A stretch of 62,721 bases of DNA, counting the filler, from Atractiella rhizophila (taxonomy: Eukaryota), in the NCBI GenBank assembly GCA_021432655.1. It is 3 parts of 3 records of this genome, joined end to end, with 100 filler letters (N's around TTAATTAATTAA, not from the genome) between each part and the next. Parts side by side here need not be neighbours in the genome. Positions count along the whole stretch, not along the records: positions 1 to 28,542 come from MU271732.1; positions 28,643 to 57,090 come from MU271733.1; 1 more part is not named here. The stretch is one strand, 5' to 3'. Shown piece by piece: positions 26,581 to 39,500 of the stretch. Made by a program: the position numbers and the translations under genes. The notes under the pieces are model-generated. The model was not told the origin of the DNA, ran no database searches, and saw only the letters and a list, made by a program, of their open reading frames with translations. The stretch's first letter is position 1; every line of letters starts with the position of its first letter.

Positions 26581-28542
26581 ATCGAAAACGTCAACGATGG
26601 TTGCTTGAGATGAGAGAGGGACTGTGGTTGCCTGGTTCGACGTAGAATTTTTCACCCCTTATATATGAATGGGCACATTACTGAGCTGTCGCTTCACTCT
26701 CCAGATCCTACAAGGCTAAATCCACTTGTTCTGTTGCTCTTCGGTACGAAATAAATGGCTTGTGGTGCTACTCCACCACGATCTGTCAGGGGAACCAAAG
26801 TTGTTCTGTCGATCTGCAGTAGTGTTGCCTGAATGGACATCTGGGCCTTCGGTGCACAGTTCTGGACGATTCTGGACGACTGTGCCTGAGCGGAGGTTGC
26901 AACGGATGATGGGTGATCGGGTGGATGACTCTGAGAACCTACCCACATCGCCCCGTTGACCTCCGTGATAAACAGAGATGGATGTAGTGAAGATGGTTAG
27001 ATGGTTAGAAGGGTTAGAAGGAAGACTTAAGTTCTGAAATTTGAATCCATAAAGATAGATCAATACATTGTCAGCCAAACTGGGCTCGGCCTGGTCAGTG
27101 TAACTAATGACGCCAAGGGTGATTCCGAAGTCCCTCGAAATGAGGAAGAGCCAGAACCGAAGGGTTTGACATTTGAAAGTGATGACTGTTCTGCTTATCA
27201 GTCGATCCTTCTCCATTCAAGCACTTCATGAAGGAGGACTCGCGGAGTATCATGAGCTCAACAAATTCGATGGGCTAGACTGACCCTAGCCGTACTCTAG
27301 ACGACAAAATCTGATTTCTTGGAGCAGAAGCATCTCGAAGTTGTTGCAGTTCACTACCATTGTCAGCCCTTCTGCATTACTCATACCCGATTCTCTTCTG
27401 CTACTTCCGTGATCGCCCTTTCAAGCGGATGATTGCTCCGTGCACCACACAATGGCTTCAAATACATCAACATCCACTGGTAATACCGACGGAGGTCACT
27501 ACATGCATATTCTAGCTTGAGAAAGCTCAGTGAGAAAAGCTCAAATTTGCAGGTATCAGAAAAACAAGCTCCAAATTTCTGCTAGCACTCACTCGCTCAG
27601 ACAAGTGAAACTTTCAGGACCGGATCAATCAGCCGTTCAGCGTTCACTGGTGATAACAAACTTGTCCAATAATGAATGCGGTCACGTGGGGTCCGTTTAA
27701 CAGCTTGTAAAAGCCAAGTGTAGAGTGCCACACAAATGCAAAGTAGCAGGCAGGCAATATCAATCAAGTTTCATAGGACTCCAACCCAGCCATACTGATG
27801 CCCGCAATTCCGAATGATGTCGCATATGTAACACGCACCCATATGTTGCAGATATCTTTGTGCGATGTAGACATGTTTTGAGGTCAACCTGCTTCCAGCA
27901 AACTCTCTCCGCGAAAGTAAGACACCGTCCCGACTCCAGTCTGAAATATGCACTGGTGGAGGCTTGAGCTCACCAAGAGAAGGTTGTTTTCCGCGCATGC
28001 TTGGCGGAACCGAAACAACTTTCGGCTTGAAGCTTGATGGGTGGGACAGAGGACTCGTTCTTGCTTCCTTAGAGGTCTAGGACGTGATCAAGAGATGAAA
28101 CAGGGCGAAATGGAGCATTGGCGAAGGACGTGAGTGATGAGTACGCCTTTACATCATGATCTTGGTTTCGTTGCAGTGGGCATTAGAACGCATCTACGGG
28201 CCTGCAAGTCCCTATTTCCCATTCTACCTCATGGACCCGATTCTTATAAAAGCCAAACTTGAACCCCAAGATCTGCTAGGGTTTCATCTGCACTTCTGTC
28301 ACCCCGATTCAAATGGTCTAGGGTTACCTGTATGTTTATGTTATGAGGAAACCTGCTCCTTTATGCTGTACCTGGTGCTCCTTCCATAGTAGCGCAGATT
28401 GCGCTCATTTTGATGGCTGCATGAAAAGTTGAAGAGAGACGAGTAGCAATAGGCTGGTAAAAGCCTTTTCTTCATGAATCGAACAGTTGTAATCCGCCGA
28501 TGTCCAACATAAACACATTGCAAGACGGCTGTTTATCCAAGT

Positions 28543-28642
28543 NNNNNNNNNNNNNNNNNNNNNNNNNNNNNNNNNNNNNNNNNNNNTTAATTAATTAANN
28601 NNNNNNNNNNNNNNNNNNNNNNNNNNNNNNNNNNNNNNNNNN
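28543..28642. other. Gap with artificial TTAATTAATTAA linker
   Basis: N runs flanking an all-frame stop spacer. Confidence 0.95.
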
Positions 28643-28644
28643 TT

Positions 28645-28848
28645 CGATACAAAGGGTATTCACCATCTGAAGACGAGTGGATCAACATCACAGATCTAGA
28701 AAACTCACAAGATGCCATAAAAGACTATCACACTGCACATCCCCTCGCAGTTCGTCCCGATTCCATACCGAACTCCGCCAAAAATCGCCCAAATGCACGT
28801 TTCCGTAACCTTCGACGAAAACGCGCTGAAGGGTCTTCTTCACTTTAA
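28645..28848 (+). CDS. Pol C-terminal chromodomain (partial)
   Basis: RYKGYSPSEDEWINITDLENSQDAIKDYH...*. Confidence 0.85.
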   Translation, partial: RYKGYSPSEDEWINITDLENSQDAIKDYHTAHPLAVRPDSIPNSAKNRPNARFRNLRRKRAEGSSSL

Positions 28849-29212
28849 GGGGTCCAACACCCCTATATGCCTTGCCGGGTGAAATCCTAGTCTTTGATAC
28901 TTAGGTCAAGGCAAGGCGCCGACTTGTTCCTCAACGGACAAGTCGGCGACTTGGTCGTTGGTGAGTCCATTCGACGCCCGTCAAAGACGAATGCTCATTG
29001 CGTTCTCGCACCATCACCAATGTCGCATTTACGAAAATCGCCCTCAATCGCGAGGTCCCCTCCCCCTCACTTTAAGAGGTCCTACTCCTCTACATGCCTC
29101 GCTGGGTGAATCCCTAGTCACATTGTTGAACATAGGTCTAGGCGAGGCGCCGGTCTGTTCCTCAACGGACAGATCGGCGACCGGTTTGTTGGTGAGTCAC
29201 TCACGCCAGTTC
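28841..29212 (+). ncRNA. Two tandem copies of a candidate structured RNA element (28841-28982; 29068-29212)
   Basis: Multi-hairpin fold with compensatory substitutions between copies. Confidence 0.6.
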
Positions 29213-29691
29213 CGCAAAAACGGTTGCTTATTGCACGAAAACAACACCGGTCAAATCCCAAAAAATCCCTCAATTGCGAGGTACACAACGCCCCCTTTCA
29301 TCTCACGCCCTGTTCTGGTTTTGATGTTTATGGTGTTCTATTTTTTGCTTTTATCCTTTTTGTTTCCCATTTTTGTTCGCTCGACAACACACTATCCCAC
29401 AAAAAAGACAGACCGGCGGCGAACATGCAAACCGCCGACACGTTATACTGCGCGTTGTGTCCACGAACGCGTGGCCCAGGCCTATTTGGTTGCGAGCTCC
29501 ATAATAAGCTTGGGTAGCTAGTGGGAGGAACGCCTGAGGGTCCTCCCCTAGACAGGGGAGTGTGAGTCCCGCATCACTCACTTTGCCATTGATCTCCCCA
29601 CTCACCACAATGCCTTATGCCATCACAACACGATTTACGCTTGTCGCCGCCTGGCAATTCGCCGCTAATACGGAGTCACAAAACATACATT

Positions 29692-31397
29692 TCAAAGCTC
29701 AAAATCGCCGCTCCGAATAGATTCCTCACTATCACTACTACTCGAAACAGAATCAGAATACACATCGAAATTGGAATTATCATAAGCCTCCTGAGCCAAC
29801 GAAGGTTTCAAGTCGCCGAGTCGGAACTCGATTTCGCCGATGCGACGACTTTTGTACAGCTGGCGACGAGTTAGGTGCCCTACGATGCCTAAACAAACAT
29901 CTGGAGAATCAGACGGATCGCCGAAAAAACAGATGAACTCACCCTACCAGTCACATCGGCTATCACACCTTCCAGCACAGAACCCTCACTAGCCCCATCC
30001 TCCGCAACACGTTCATCCTGCCTCCTTTTAAACAATTCCATTTGCAACTCGGCGGCCTTAAGAGCATCCGCCGCCGCTTGCGCATTTAACCTGGCGGCCT
30101 CGAGCATCGTGCGTGCGAAATCCATGCTGAATGCTTCGGAGTACAACCGGGCGTCGCTCAGCATAGAATGCGAGGGAGAGTCCTCGTCGGCGTCCGACAC
30201 ATTCTCATAATTGCTCTCGGCGAAAGCTGACGGACGTTTTCTCCCGTCGCCGATGCGTTTAGGATGGAAGGTAGTCGACATCACGACCAGCATAGAGAGT
30301 TCCCGCAAATAACCCAAAGGCAAGACCTCACACCTCTTTCGCGAACTGTGACAACGCGAACAAACCCGACCGAACGCGGTTGCAACATGCCCAGCGGAGA
30401 AGTCACACACTTGAGATTCGTTGTCGGCCTTAGCCTTCTTTTTCGCCGCTTTGACAGGTGCCGCTCGAATTTTTCCGGTACAATTACTACATCGCTGCGT
30501 TCCGATGCTTGCTAACGTGGGGAGGATGCGCGGGTTCGCCCGAGGAGTCATGATAACCAATTCGAGTTCCAATTCACCCAGATTGATGTTCGCCGCAGCA
30601 TGAGAATAAGCCTCACGGGTACCTGGCCAGAAGTAACGATATTTCGCCGCATCTAATTCCTTGTCGCCGATTCGCACTTTTCCGTCGCGCACTACGAATT
30701 CGGCGACCGGCGCACCGGCGAACGGATTTCGATCCCCCAACGCTGCAGGCAGAACAAAGGTTGTCGCAGTAACCAGATGGTCAGATAGAGTCCTCACAAC
30801 CCCAACCTCGGGTCCTTTCACCGCCGAAATCGACTTTTGAGCACGCAAATTTTCTTCCGCCGCTCGTCGTTTATTTTCAAGCGCCACCCGTTTGCGTTCC
30901 TCTTCTTCCTTCGCCAAGCGTTTTTTTCGTGTCGGACAAGAAAAGCTCTCGTTCTTTCCTCCGCAAAACAGGGTCGCCATTCGCCGACTCGGAGGGCTGA
31001 AACCCGAGTCTCACCGCTTCCTCCTCGACGAGCGCCGCTTGTTCGGCCCAAAGACGAAGTTCATCACACAACGCCTGCAGACCTTCCACAGGCATATGCA
31101 GAGGAAATGACAAAACCCGTCCATCACCGAAACCTTTGGCAGCCTCATAAGCCATTCGCACCTTCCCATCGCCGACGAGTTACCACACAAAATATACGAG
31201 ACAAGAAAACTCACCTCTGCCTGCACCTCATCACAAAATTTGACATACAGAGGGTAGCACCTTTTCCCCCACTCCAGCACATCGGCGAAACGCCCAAAGT
31301 TCACCTCCTTCGCTTTCTCCACGTCCCAGAAAATGGTGCTCTCCTTCCTATCCTTGTTCGCCAGAACGAAGTCGAAGAGTTGCGCATCGGTCGACAT
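29692..31397 (-). CDS. Antisense spliced gene inside the retrotransposon; coiled coil plus Zn2Cys6-like motif
   Basis: MSTDAQLFDF..., GT donors at ~31214 and ~29945, CSNC-x24-C-x14-CSRC-x6-C; one frameshift in an A7 run (30921-30927). Confidence 0.65.
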
Positions 31398-31520
31398 TTT
31401 TGCAAGAGTAGACGGAGGGTGATGGTGGTAGAACTGGAAAATTTTTCGCCCAAGCTAGCCGCAAACCTTAACTTTAAAATTCCGTGACTCACGTACACGA
31501 GTCAGAAATTTGGGGGGTGT

Positions 31521-32010
31521 TGTCAGGCTTGCCCCTACGCATTACCGAAACGCACCATCTGAAGTCACGTGACCCACTTTACCATGCCATAGGACCACGC
31601 GCCTGCCCATCGCCGCTTTGCTCACGTTCTTGCTGATCGCCGCCTTCCCCTGTCTCACACGAATCGCCGCTCAGCGAACCTTATACATTTCGCCGGTCTG
31701 CACCGTCTCCATTAATGCTTTATTGTCCTTTCTCACTTGTACTGCTCAGTATGTCTTATTTCCGAGTTTTCCTTTTATTGCTTTCCTGATCTAGCTATCT
31801 TACATGTTTCAAGAAACTTATGATACAGTTTATGGCAGTGCTTTTACATATGTATATATACATCGAGATGTAGTGGTGGTGACCTCAGAGTATTCTCTTA
31901 GGTTTACCTCCACTACAGGTTAGTCTTCTCATGCCATACTATTCCCTTAGGTTTACCTCCACTACAGACGCATCGCCCATCGGCGACCGCACATAGTGTC
32001 AGCCCTAACA
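31521..32010 (+). repeat. 3' LTR
   Basis: TGTCAGG...CCCTAACA after the PPT; 3' part shared with 32742-33218. Confidence 0.85.
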
Positions 32011-32575
32011 TATAGGCATCCGCCTCTGCCATCACTGTCCCTCCTATGTACACTTGAGTACCTCGAACTTGCTGATATCTGTCCACTCTGTTCCTCCATC
32101 TTAGACCACCCTCTGCCACCTCTTCTAGAAGAGCTCAGAGTCCTGCTCACCCCCTTCTCTGCCGATGGAAAGACCTCCATCCTACCCACTCCGCTCGACC
32201 TATCACACCTCACATGCCTCACCAAGCTGATCCTGGACAGAGGCAAGAAATTCAAACCTTGTTCCTTGCCAGTTCTTCAACACTCTCAAAAACACAACTG
32301 GGATGTGTACAATACGGCTTGTGTACTGTGTGGTGGACTCATCTGACTGCCCAGACTTCATCCGCTGGTTCTTTGGGGATTGGTGGGTGAGGGGAGCTGA
32401 GCAGGGGGATCAGGTCGATGAAGACGAGATAGAATGGGATTCTGAGGTTTGTTTATTCTTTGGGGAGTGGAGCGAGGATGAGATTGTGAATGCGAGGAGT
32501 AGGGTGGAAAAGTATACATGGAATGAGCAGTCTGGCATTTGGGATCCTGGGGAGGGGCTGGAGTACATTCCGTAG
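32011..32575 (+). pseudogene. F-box/LRR family C-terminal fragment cut by the LTR
   Basis: PPLPSLSL..LPPLLEELRVLL..GKTSILPTP..FIRWFFGDW, homologous to the other copies; frameshifted. Confidence 0.85.
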
Positions 32576-32741
32576 AAGGCACAGTCTGATCCAGGCTCCA
32601 AGTACGAACCGGCTGCATCAAACTCCTAGCTCTCATATTCTACTCAGTAGCCCTCGATTGAAGGAGGTCCAGTGAACATGAAATACCTTAGAGTACATTT
32701 CCAACCATTTTGTATGAGTAGAACACTGTTGATCCTACCTA

Positions 32742-33218
32742 TGTCGGGCTGAAAAGGTATCAGGTTTGCATCTTACGCAAATCGGTGCCTGTTTGCCGGA
32801 CTGCGTCTTCTATCGCCCATTTGTGTTCCCCACGAATCGGCGCCCGTTTGCCCGTTTGTATTCAACACAAATCTGCGTCCTGTCGCCTATTTGCATGCCG
32901 GTCGCCCGTTCGCCTATTTGCAGCTGCATCACCACTTAGCCCAACTGTGTCTATTCTCCTCTTATTAACTCCACGTAATCCCACTGTCACTTCCCCCTTT
33001 TTAGTTCTCTTACGTATTTCATCTGCTCTCCTCTACACTCTGTGGCAGTGTTATTCCACTTGTATATATAGATCGGAGGGTAGTGGAGGTGACCTTAGGG
33101 TATTCTCTTAGGTTTATCTCCACTACAGGTTAGTCTTCATGTCATATCATGTACTTTGGTTTATCTCCACTATAGATGCATCGCCTGTCGGCGACCGCAC
33201 ATAGTGTCAGCCCTAACA
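32742..33218 (+). mobile_element. Solo LTR related to 31521-32010
   Basis: TGTCGGGCTG...CAGCCCTAACA; last ~180 bp closely similar to the other LTR; no TSD. Confidence 0.75.
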
Positions 33219-34841
33219 AAAGGATTACATACGAACAAATATGGAAGCCTTTGTTCAATCTCCAGTTCTTCAAATTAATGGCCACATCCATCTCTTTGCT
33301 TTGTCTTCATTCACTGTTAGAGAATCTAGAAGAATGGAGCTAGTCTGTGAGTATATCACCGTAGTGTTTCACCAATAAGGAGAGCCAGCGGAGTCAGTGG
33401 TCGAGCAGCTCCTTTGGCAGCGAAGCCTTAAAACAATCTGGTTAGATATTGAAGGGAACTTAGCATCATCTGGAAGATGAACCCGTATGGAACCGTGCAA
33501 ACCGATATAGACCTTCGGTGCAATGATTGTGTCCCTTCCATTCAAAGTCTCACATATCCTGCACCTCTTGCAGCTTTACATCTACGATTAAACCGGCGTC
33601 TTGAGGAATGGCATGGTAATTGTTCTTGCCTCTCATGCTGTAGGCTGTGGATCCCCTCTAGCTTGCAAAGTAACATTATGGGCTGCGCTGGCGAGAATAT
33701 CTTCCTGGCATTATCAGAATGGAGCAGCGCCAGCGTGTTCCTCGTCACCATTGGACTGCTCACCATCTACAGACGCATCATAGATGGCCTCAAGCTGTTT
33801 GAGAATAGGCTCAGAAGTACATTATCTTTCATCCTTGGAAAGAATCTTGGGATAGTCGCTGATTGTTTGTCTCTCCCAGTCTTCGAGGTGGGAAACAGAT
33901 ACTTATTTCCTTTCGAATGGCCTCATCACTTCCTCACTTGATGCGAGGCAGAAGATGAGCTTGGAGTCATCTCGACTGAGCGAGTCCTTCCTCCTCTCCT
34001 TCGACGAATGACCGCCGTTTGAGACAGCAGCAAAACAATGCCTCACAATCCTGGATAGTCTTACGGCTCACTCTCTCAGGACAGGAAGAGGGAAGTACGC
34101 GAAGGAGAAAGACGACTGAGCTGGTCATGTAAGGTATTGTAGTTCGAACGTGAAATGAAGGATGATGAGAGATGGAGTGGAGGATGACAAAAGTGATAAA
34201 GGATACTGAGTAGTTAGGGACACATAGCTGAAGGCGAAGGGAAAGTCAGAGAAACGTAGATGGAAGAGGGAGCAATTTGCTGGATGTCATTCGTGAGTAA
34301 TTAAGACCACAATATCTTGCGAACATACTTCTCTCAAACCCAAACTGAGACTGATATTTCCTCTTCAAGGCCTTCTTCTCCTCTGCCAAATGGCGCGAAC
34401 CTCTCAACAACATCAACTCCTCTTGTCCACTGCTTCGCCTTCTATCCATGAGAGAACCACCGCGGCGTTCATTATCAGGTCCCCTTCCTCCTCCAGCAAT
34501 TGGTGAACTAAGTCAACTGCTCATTGCAGCGTGGGAAAGGCGACGGAGGAGTAACAAACCAAGGTGTTCACAACTGGAGGTACGGAATCTTTGCAGACAG
34601 GTCGAACATTCGTTCCCCACATCCCCTTGAATCACTTCATTCATTCTCAGAGTCACCCTTTGCGCACACCATCTGAAAACTTGTCGTCGTCCTCCTGAAG
34701 TCCAAGTTTTCCGCTTTAAATAACGATGTCCCTCTATCGCTAACAAGAACTGATCCACCTGTCTCCCCATTCTTCTTCATTCTCCCAAGAACCTGTTCAT
34801 CCAGTTAGTTTCGCGGCTCGGTGGATCTTTGTTGTCAAATC

Positions 34842-36468
34842 ATGGTCTCAGTCGTCAGGATGAGAAGGAAGATGAGAAGAGTGATTTGGATGAGAAGGCT
34901 GACGATGAGGATGCCAAAGGCTTATGATGTGATTAAGGCACAATTTATTCTCCACCTTCTTTCTTCACTTCTAATGTGGGTCATGGGATTAGTCTGCCGT
35001 GTCTTCTCAAAAGATGAAGGCACTTGTCCATGTCATCACCACAAACGACCTCCCAGATTTGATTTACCTCTCCATTCTTCCATCTTTCCTGTCTCGCCTG
35101 CCTCCGTCAGCTCGCACGCTCTGGATTTCATTTGGTTCATTGGGTTCCGAGTGGAAATTTGGAAAGCGGCCCTCACGATTGTCCTATTTATCACTTGAAC
35201 GGGTCGAGAATGTGGTCGACAAGGATGGCGCAATTAATCTTCGTGTTACTATCCACGACGGAAACGTCACAGTAACCTTTTTGGACGTTGAAGGGCAGCA
35301 GTCGGCTGTCAACAGAGCTATCAAAAGAGTTTTGCGTGATTCACGTGGCGAACAGTATTGTTATTCTTGCGTGTTTCCTTATGTTCGCGAGAATGCTATA
35401 TTCGCCCGCATAGCCTCATATTCCGAAGACAAACGGTGCTTCGTCCCCGTCAGTGGCCACGATTCGTCACGCTTCCCACCCTTCCACGCAGCCAGTATCA
35501 TACAGCTCTCTTTTCCACCTCCACATGTTACTTCATGCTCGATCTCATCCTTGCCTGTGGAGGTCCTCTCTCTCATATTTAGTTTCTCCGACCCTGCTCT
35601 CACCCTTTCTGCCGTATGCAAGCTCTGGAAGGCCGTTGCAGTTCCTTATTTGCAGGAACCTGGTTCTGTGGCAGAAAAGTATGAGGTGTTGAAAAGCTAT
35701 CCTGGTGCAGGACGACTGTGGGATAACCTGAGGTTTAACACAAGGATGGATCATGGGACGGTGAAAAAGGTCATCGCAGGCTCGCCGAATGTCACAAAAG
35801 CAGATATAAGCGCATATTGGAATGAAGCGGAGGCGAAGATTCTGTTGAATGCAATTGAAGGCTTGCAAGGGCTGGATGATGTCACGTTTTGGCAGGGTTC
35901 GAGAAAGTGGAGGAAGGAGGAGATCGTGAACTTTGTTCGGAGGATGGGTGACAGGATCAAACGGCTCTCTGTTTACGGCGCGGAGGACTCTCCCGCTTCA
36001 GCTTCAGCAGGCCTTCACTTATCTTCTTGCCTCGAATACCTAGACCTCTCCAATTACCCGCCTGTCCCATCGCTCTCCCTCCCACGCACCATCAAGCACC
36101 TCGAACTCCTCAATATGTGTCCACTCCCTTCTTCCATCTCAGAATACCCTCTGCCGCCTCTTCTGGAACATCTCACAATTGTGCTCGTCCCCTTCTTTGC
36201 CGATGGAAAGACCTCCATCCTACCCACTCCTTTCGACTTCTCACACCTCACACATCTTACCGAGCTGTACCTCGACGGGGGTGAAGAGACGTCAAACCTC
36301 CTTTCTCACCAGTTCTTCAGCACTTTTAAAAATGCAACGGTGCTACGTCTGATAAGGCTTGAGTACTGCGTAGTCGGCTCGTTGGAATTCCCACGCTTCG
36401 CCCGCTGGTTCGTTGGGGATGAGTCCATCAAAATAAGGAAACGGGTTAATGGAAATGGCATAAGGTGA
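34842..36468 (+). CDS. F-box/LRR protein, copy with a premature TGA near the C-terminus
   Basis: SLPVEVLSLIFSF..VCKLWK F-box, LxxLxL repeats; putative exon 1 34842-34937; homologous frame continues past TGA 36468. Confidence 0.85.
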
Positions 36469-36599
36469 CGTCTTCAGGTTCGTTTATTCTTTGGAGAGTG
36501 GAGCGAGGAGGAGATTGTGATTGGAATGAGTGCCGTGGGGATGCGCAGAAGGAGCGAAGGGTCAGGCGTTTGGGAGGGTGGGGAGGACAACCACTTGTG

Positions 36600-39500
36600 G
36601 AGACATAACGGGGCTTGACATAGGACTCCGGACTCGTCACTCTCGCTTGCCGTACCTGACGACTGTCATTGGACACGACAGAACCCCCTTCTACCGCCAT
36701 GCTACCATTTAGATCACGACCCGTTGGTTAACTAATGCATATACAGCGTGGCACAGAGTGGCACCTTTCCCTTTCCGTGAATGTGGAACAAGGCATCTCA
36801 TTCACACCGCTGGCATGGTGGGTGTGAAAGCAATAAGGAGGCAGTTCTGCCACTTGTTCTTCTTAGGAACGAGTCCAAGGGGTTAGGGTAGCACGCATGA
36901 AAGAGATTTTGAATGTATGTAGTTTAAAGAACAACCGTGATCAGAGGGAAGTACATCTGCTCACCTGCTGAAGGAAGATTAATGCTTGGTATGCCTGGAG
37001 TTCCTTACAATTGCCTTACATCTGAGTTGAAGAATTGAAGAATGGTGCATAGAACTTTAGATTGAGTTGGCGACACTCCCCTTACTAGCAGGCAAGCCCC
37101 TTGGTCCATGCAAGCTTCATCCGATCTGCTCTGCCCAATTGGGCATTGGAAGGAGAGCTATGTTGGAGATACAGCAGATTCCTCCCGGATTGGTCACTTG
37201 TTTGATTTGACGTGAGATCCCCAAAGGCATCAAAGAAAAACTTCAAGACTTCTGCCTGGAGACCAACATGCGAGTTGTGCGCTCAATATAAAGACCACAG
37301 GTTCTTCGGTAACAGCACTTCGGTTTAAAGCATAAGATGGAATTGAAGTGCATAGTTGCCTACAGACATAACCCGTCCACTAGCCCCACCACCGATTTCT
37401 TCTTCTTGGTGCTCTTGTCAATGACCTCCACCTTCAGACCTTCCCCAGATAACACCACTGACCAACACCGCAAACTCGAAGAGAGGACTTCCCTGGAGGA
37501 CTCTGTTGAGCTTCTCTGGCAACAAGAACGAGAGTGTAAAGGTAATTTAAGCATCGGATCCTGAACTTAGTGGCGGGTTGTGTGGAATCGAGGGTTGGTT
37601 TCTTGGTGGCGGAGGCGACTGATGGTTTGGCGTTTGCGGTGGATACTTGCGCTTTATGCGAGGGGCCGAAGACGTCAAGGCGAGCATGGAGTCCGCACGC
37701 GCACATCTTCAGAAGGTTGCGCACCATGCTGTCTACTCCTGATTACTCCTCTTTCACTCATTAGTTTGTTGTCTGCGTGGGATGATGACGCTTTGACAAA
37801 GCGTTGGAAGTCGAAAGGATGAATGAGCGGTTAACTTTGCGTGATCCCGGGATGGCTGGAGTCCAACAAGTCGCCGCGTGGAGGTGACGAGGCGCGTTGC
37901 GGGAACGGATGGTAGACCTAGCCGCACAACGTTGGAATTGAGAGAAGAGCTGGGCGCTGTGGCGCTGTGACACTGAGCAATTCGGAACGAGTACTATTTT
38001 GAATGCTGGAATGACGTCGTCCTCCTCTCCTTCGACAACCCAAAGTCTTTCGTCCCTCCCACCTCGCGGTCCCAAACCACTCTCCACCACGCAAATACGA
38101 ACCACTCTTCGAGTCCAGCTTCGAGTCCTCGCTAACTTGAACCATCACCTCTCTCCACACTTAAATCCTGTCTCCACCCACCTACATCGTCAACGCCGTC
38201 TCTTTCGCCTTCACTTTCGCTCTTGACGTGCCGCACCCGACGTACCCAGGTGCTTCCAACGAGTACACGAAGCGGATCTACTCCCACCGCGCGACCGAAT
38301 ACCACAGGAACACTCCATCCTTTCTCCTTCCCTTTTGTCCGGATGGAGCCGCGGGAGCTGTCTTTCTGTCAAGATGGTTTGAAAGGTGGCAAAGGGAGGT
38401 GGAGGGACGGCGAGATGGATCAGCCGAGGTGGGCTTGGTGACGGAGAAACCGTAGGAGGAGGCGGGCAGGTTTCTGTTGGACGGAGGTGTGGTGAGGAGC
38501 AGGGGTTGAGGAGCATAGGGGCGGCGAGTGCTGGAGAGGGGACAACATCGCACCACTTACTGTCCGTCTGCTCTTTCGCCTGAGGGCGTCACATAACTGA
38601 CCGCAGTTCTCTGTAGGACATTGGTATGGACGACGTCTCTCGTGAACCGTTCTGCACACCGAACATCCTGCCCTCCACTATCCTCCTCTCTCTCCACTTT
38701 GAGAACTCAGTGAGAGACACGTCGAGGGACCACCTTTCGCTTTTGCCATTCAGCCCTCCGACTTCCCCCAACCGGCTCGCTGGAACCATTCGGGGAAAGG
38801 CCCCCTCATTCTCTATGTCTTTATTAGAAGAGGCGACGGGCGGGATTCCGGAAGTGGGGAGGAGGAGGGGAATTCTTTGGAAAGCGGGAGCAGGTGTTGA
38901 GATGGAGAGTGATGTCGAGGAAATGAGAGGATGAGAGGATGAGGATGGATTTAAGAAAGGATCGACCAGGAGGAAAGGGAGTCGGGATCGGAGGGTTGCA
39001 TGGGAGAGAACAGGTGCTGCATTGGTGCTGCTTCTTTCAGAATGAAGAGCCCTAGGCCGCTTAACGTGATGCGATAGCGATTGCGTGGCTCTCTGGTTGA
39101 CGAATGAGGATGGGGAGATGGAACCGGGAAGGTCATACGAATCACTCTCTCTTCAGTTTTCCGTACATTTACCCTCTTTCGTCTTCACAACGCTGATACA
39201 AGCGATGTGATGGAACAGGATACAGGAGCTGACATTGCGAATCTCTGGCGCCTGGGACGTTTTCCAAAGGGGATGACTCACACGTTCGTGTCAGCAGTGC
39301 CGGCTTCCCCAAGGATATTCACATATGCGACAACGTAGGAGCATGAAAAGATGAATGGCCCACCCGGAGGCGATTCGAAAGATGGCACACATAATGTTTC
39401 CTGCTGCCATTGAAGTTTCAAGCACTGCTATTCTCATATCGCCCTATATCAGAGCACGGAACTCCATCCTTCAACAATCGTATAAGAACTCATGCAACAG

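Larger units (their letters stand above)
28643..32010 (+). mobile_element. 3' part of a Ty3/Gypsy chromovirus LTR retrotransposon
   Basis: Chromodomain end of Pol, long 3' region, G-rich PPT (31512-31517), then a TG...CA LTR. Confidence 0.85.

Noticed and set aside
26694..28540. Several short ORFs
   Set aside because: No motif or gene structure I can support.
28587..28598. TTAATTAATTAA palindrome (also near 57135)
   Set aside because: Embedded in N runs; artificial contig linker.
38590..38660. C2H2-like string HERRRPYQCPTENCGQLC
   Set aside because: Not preserved in that frame in the homologous copies and lacks the His pair.
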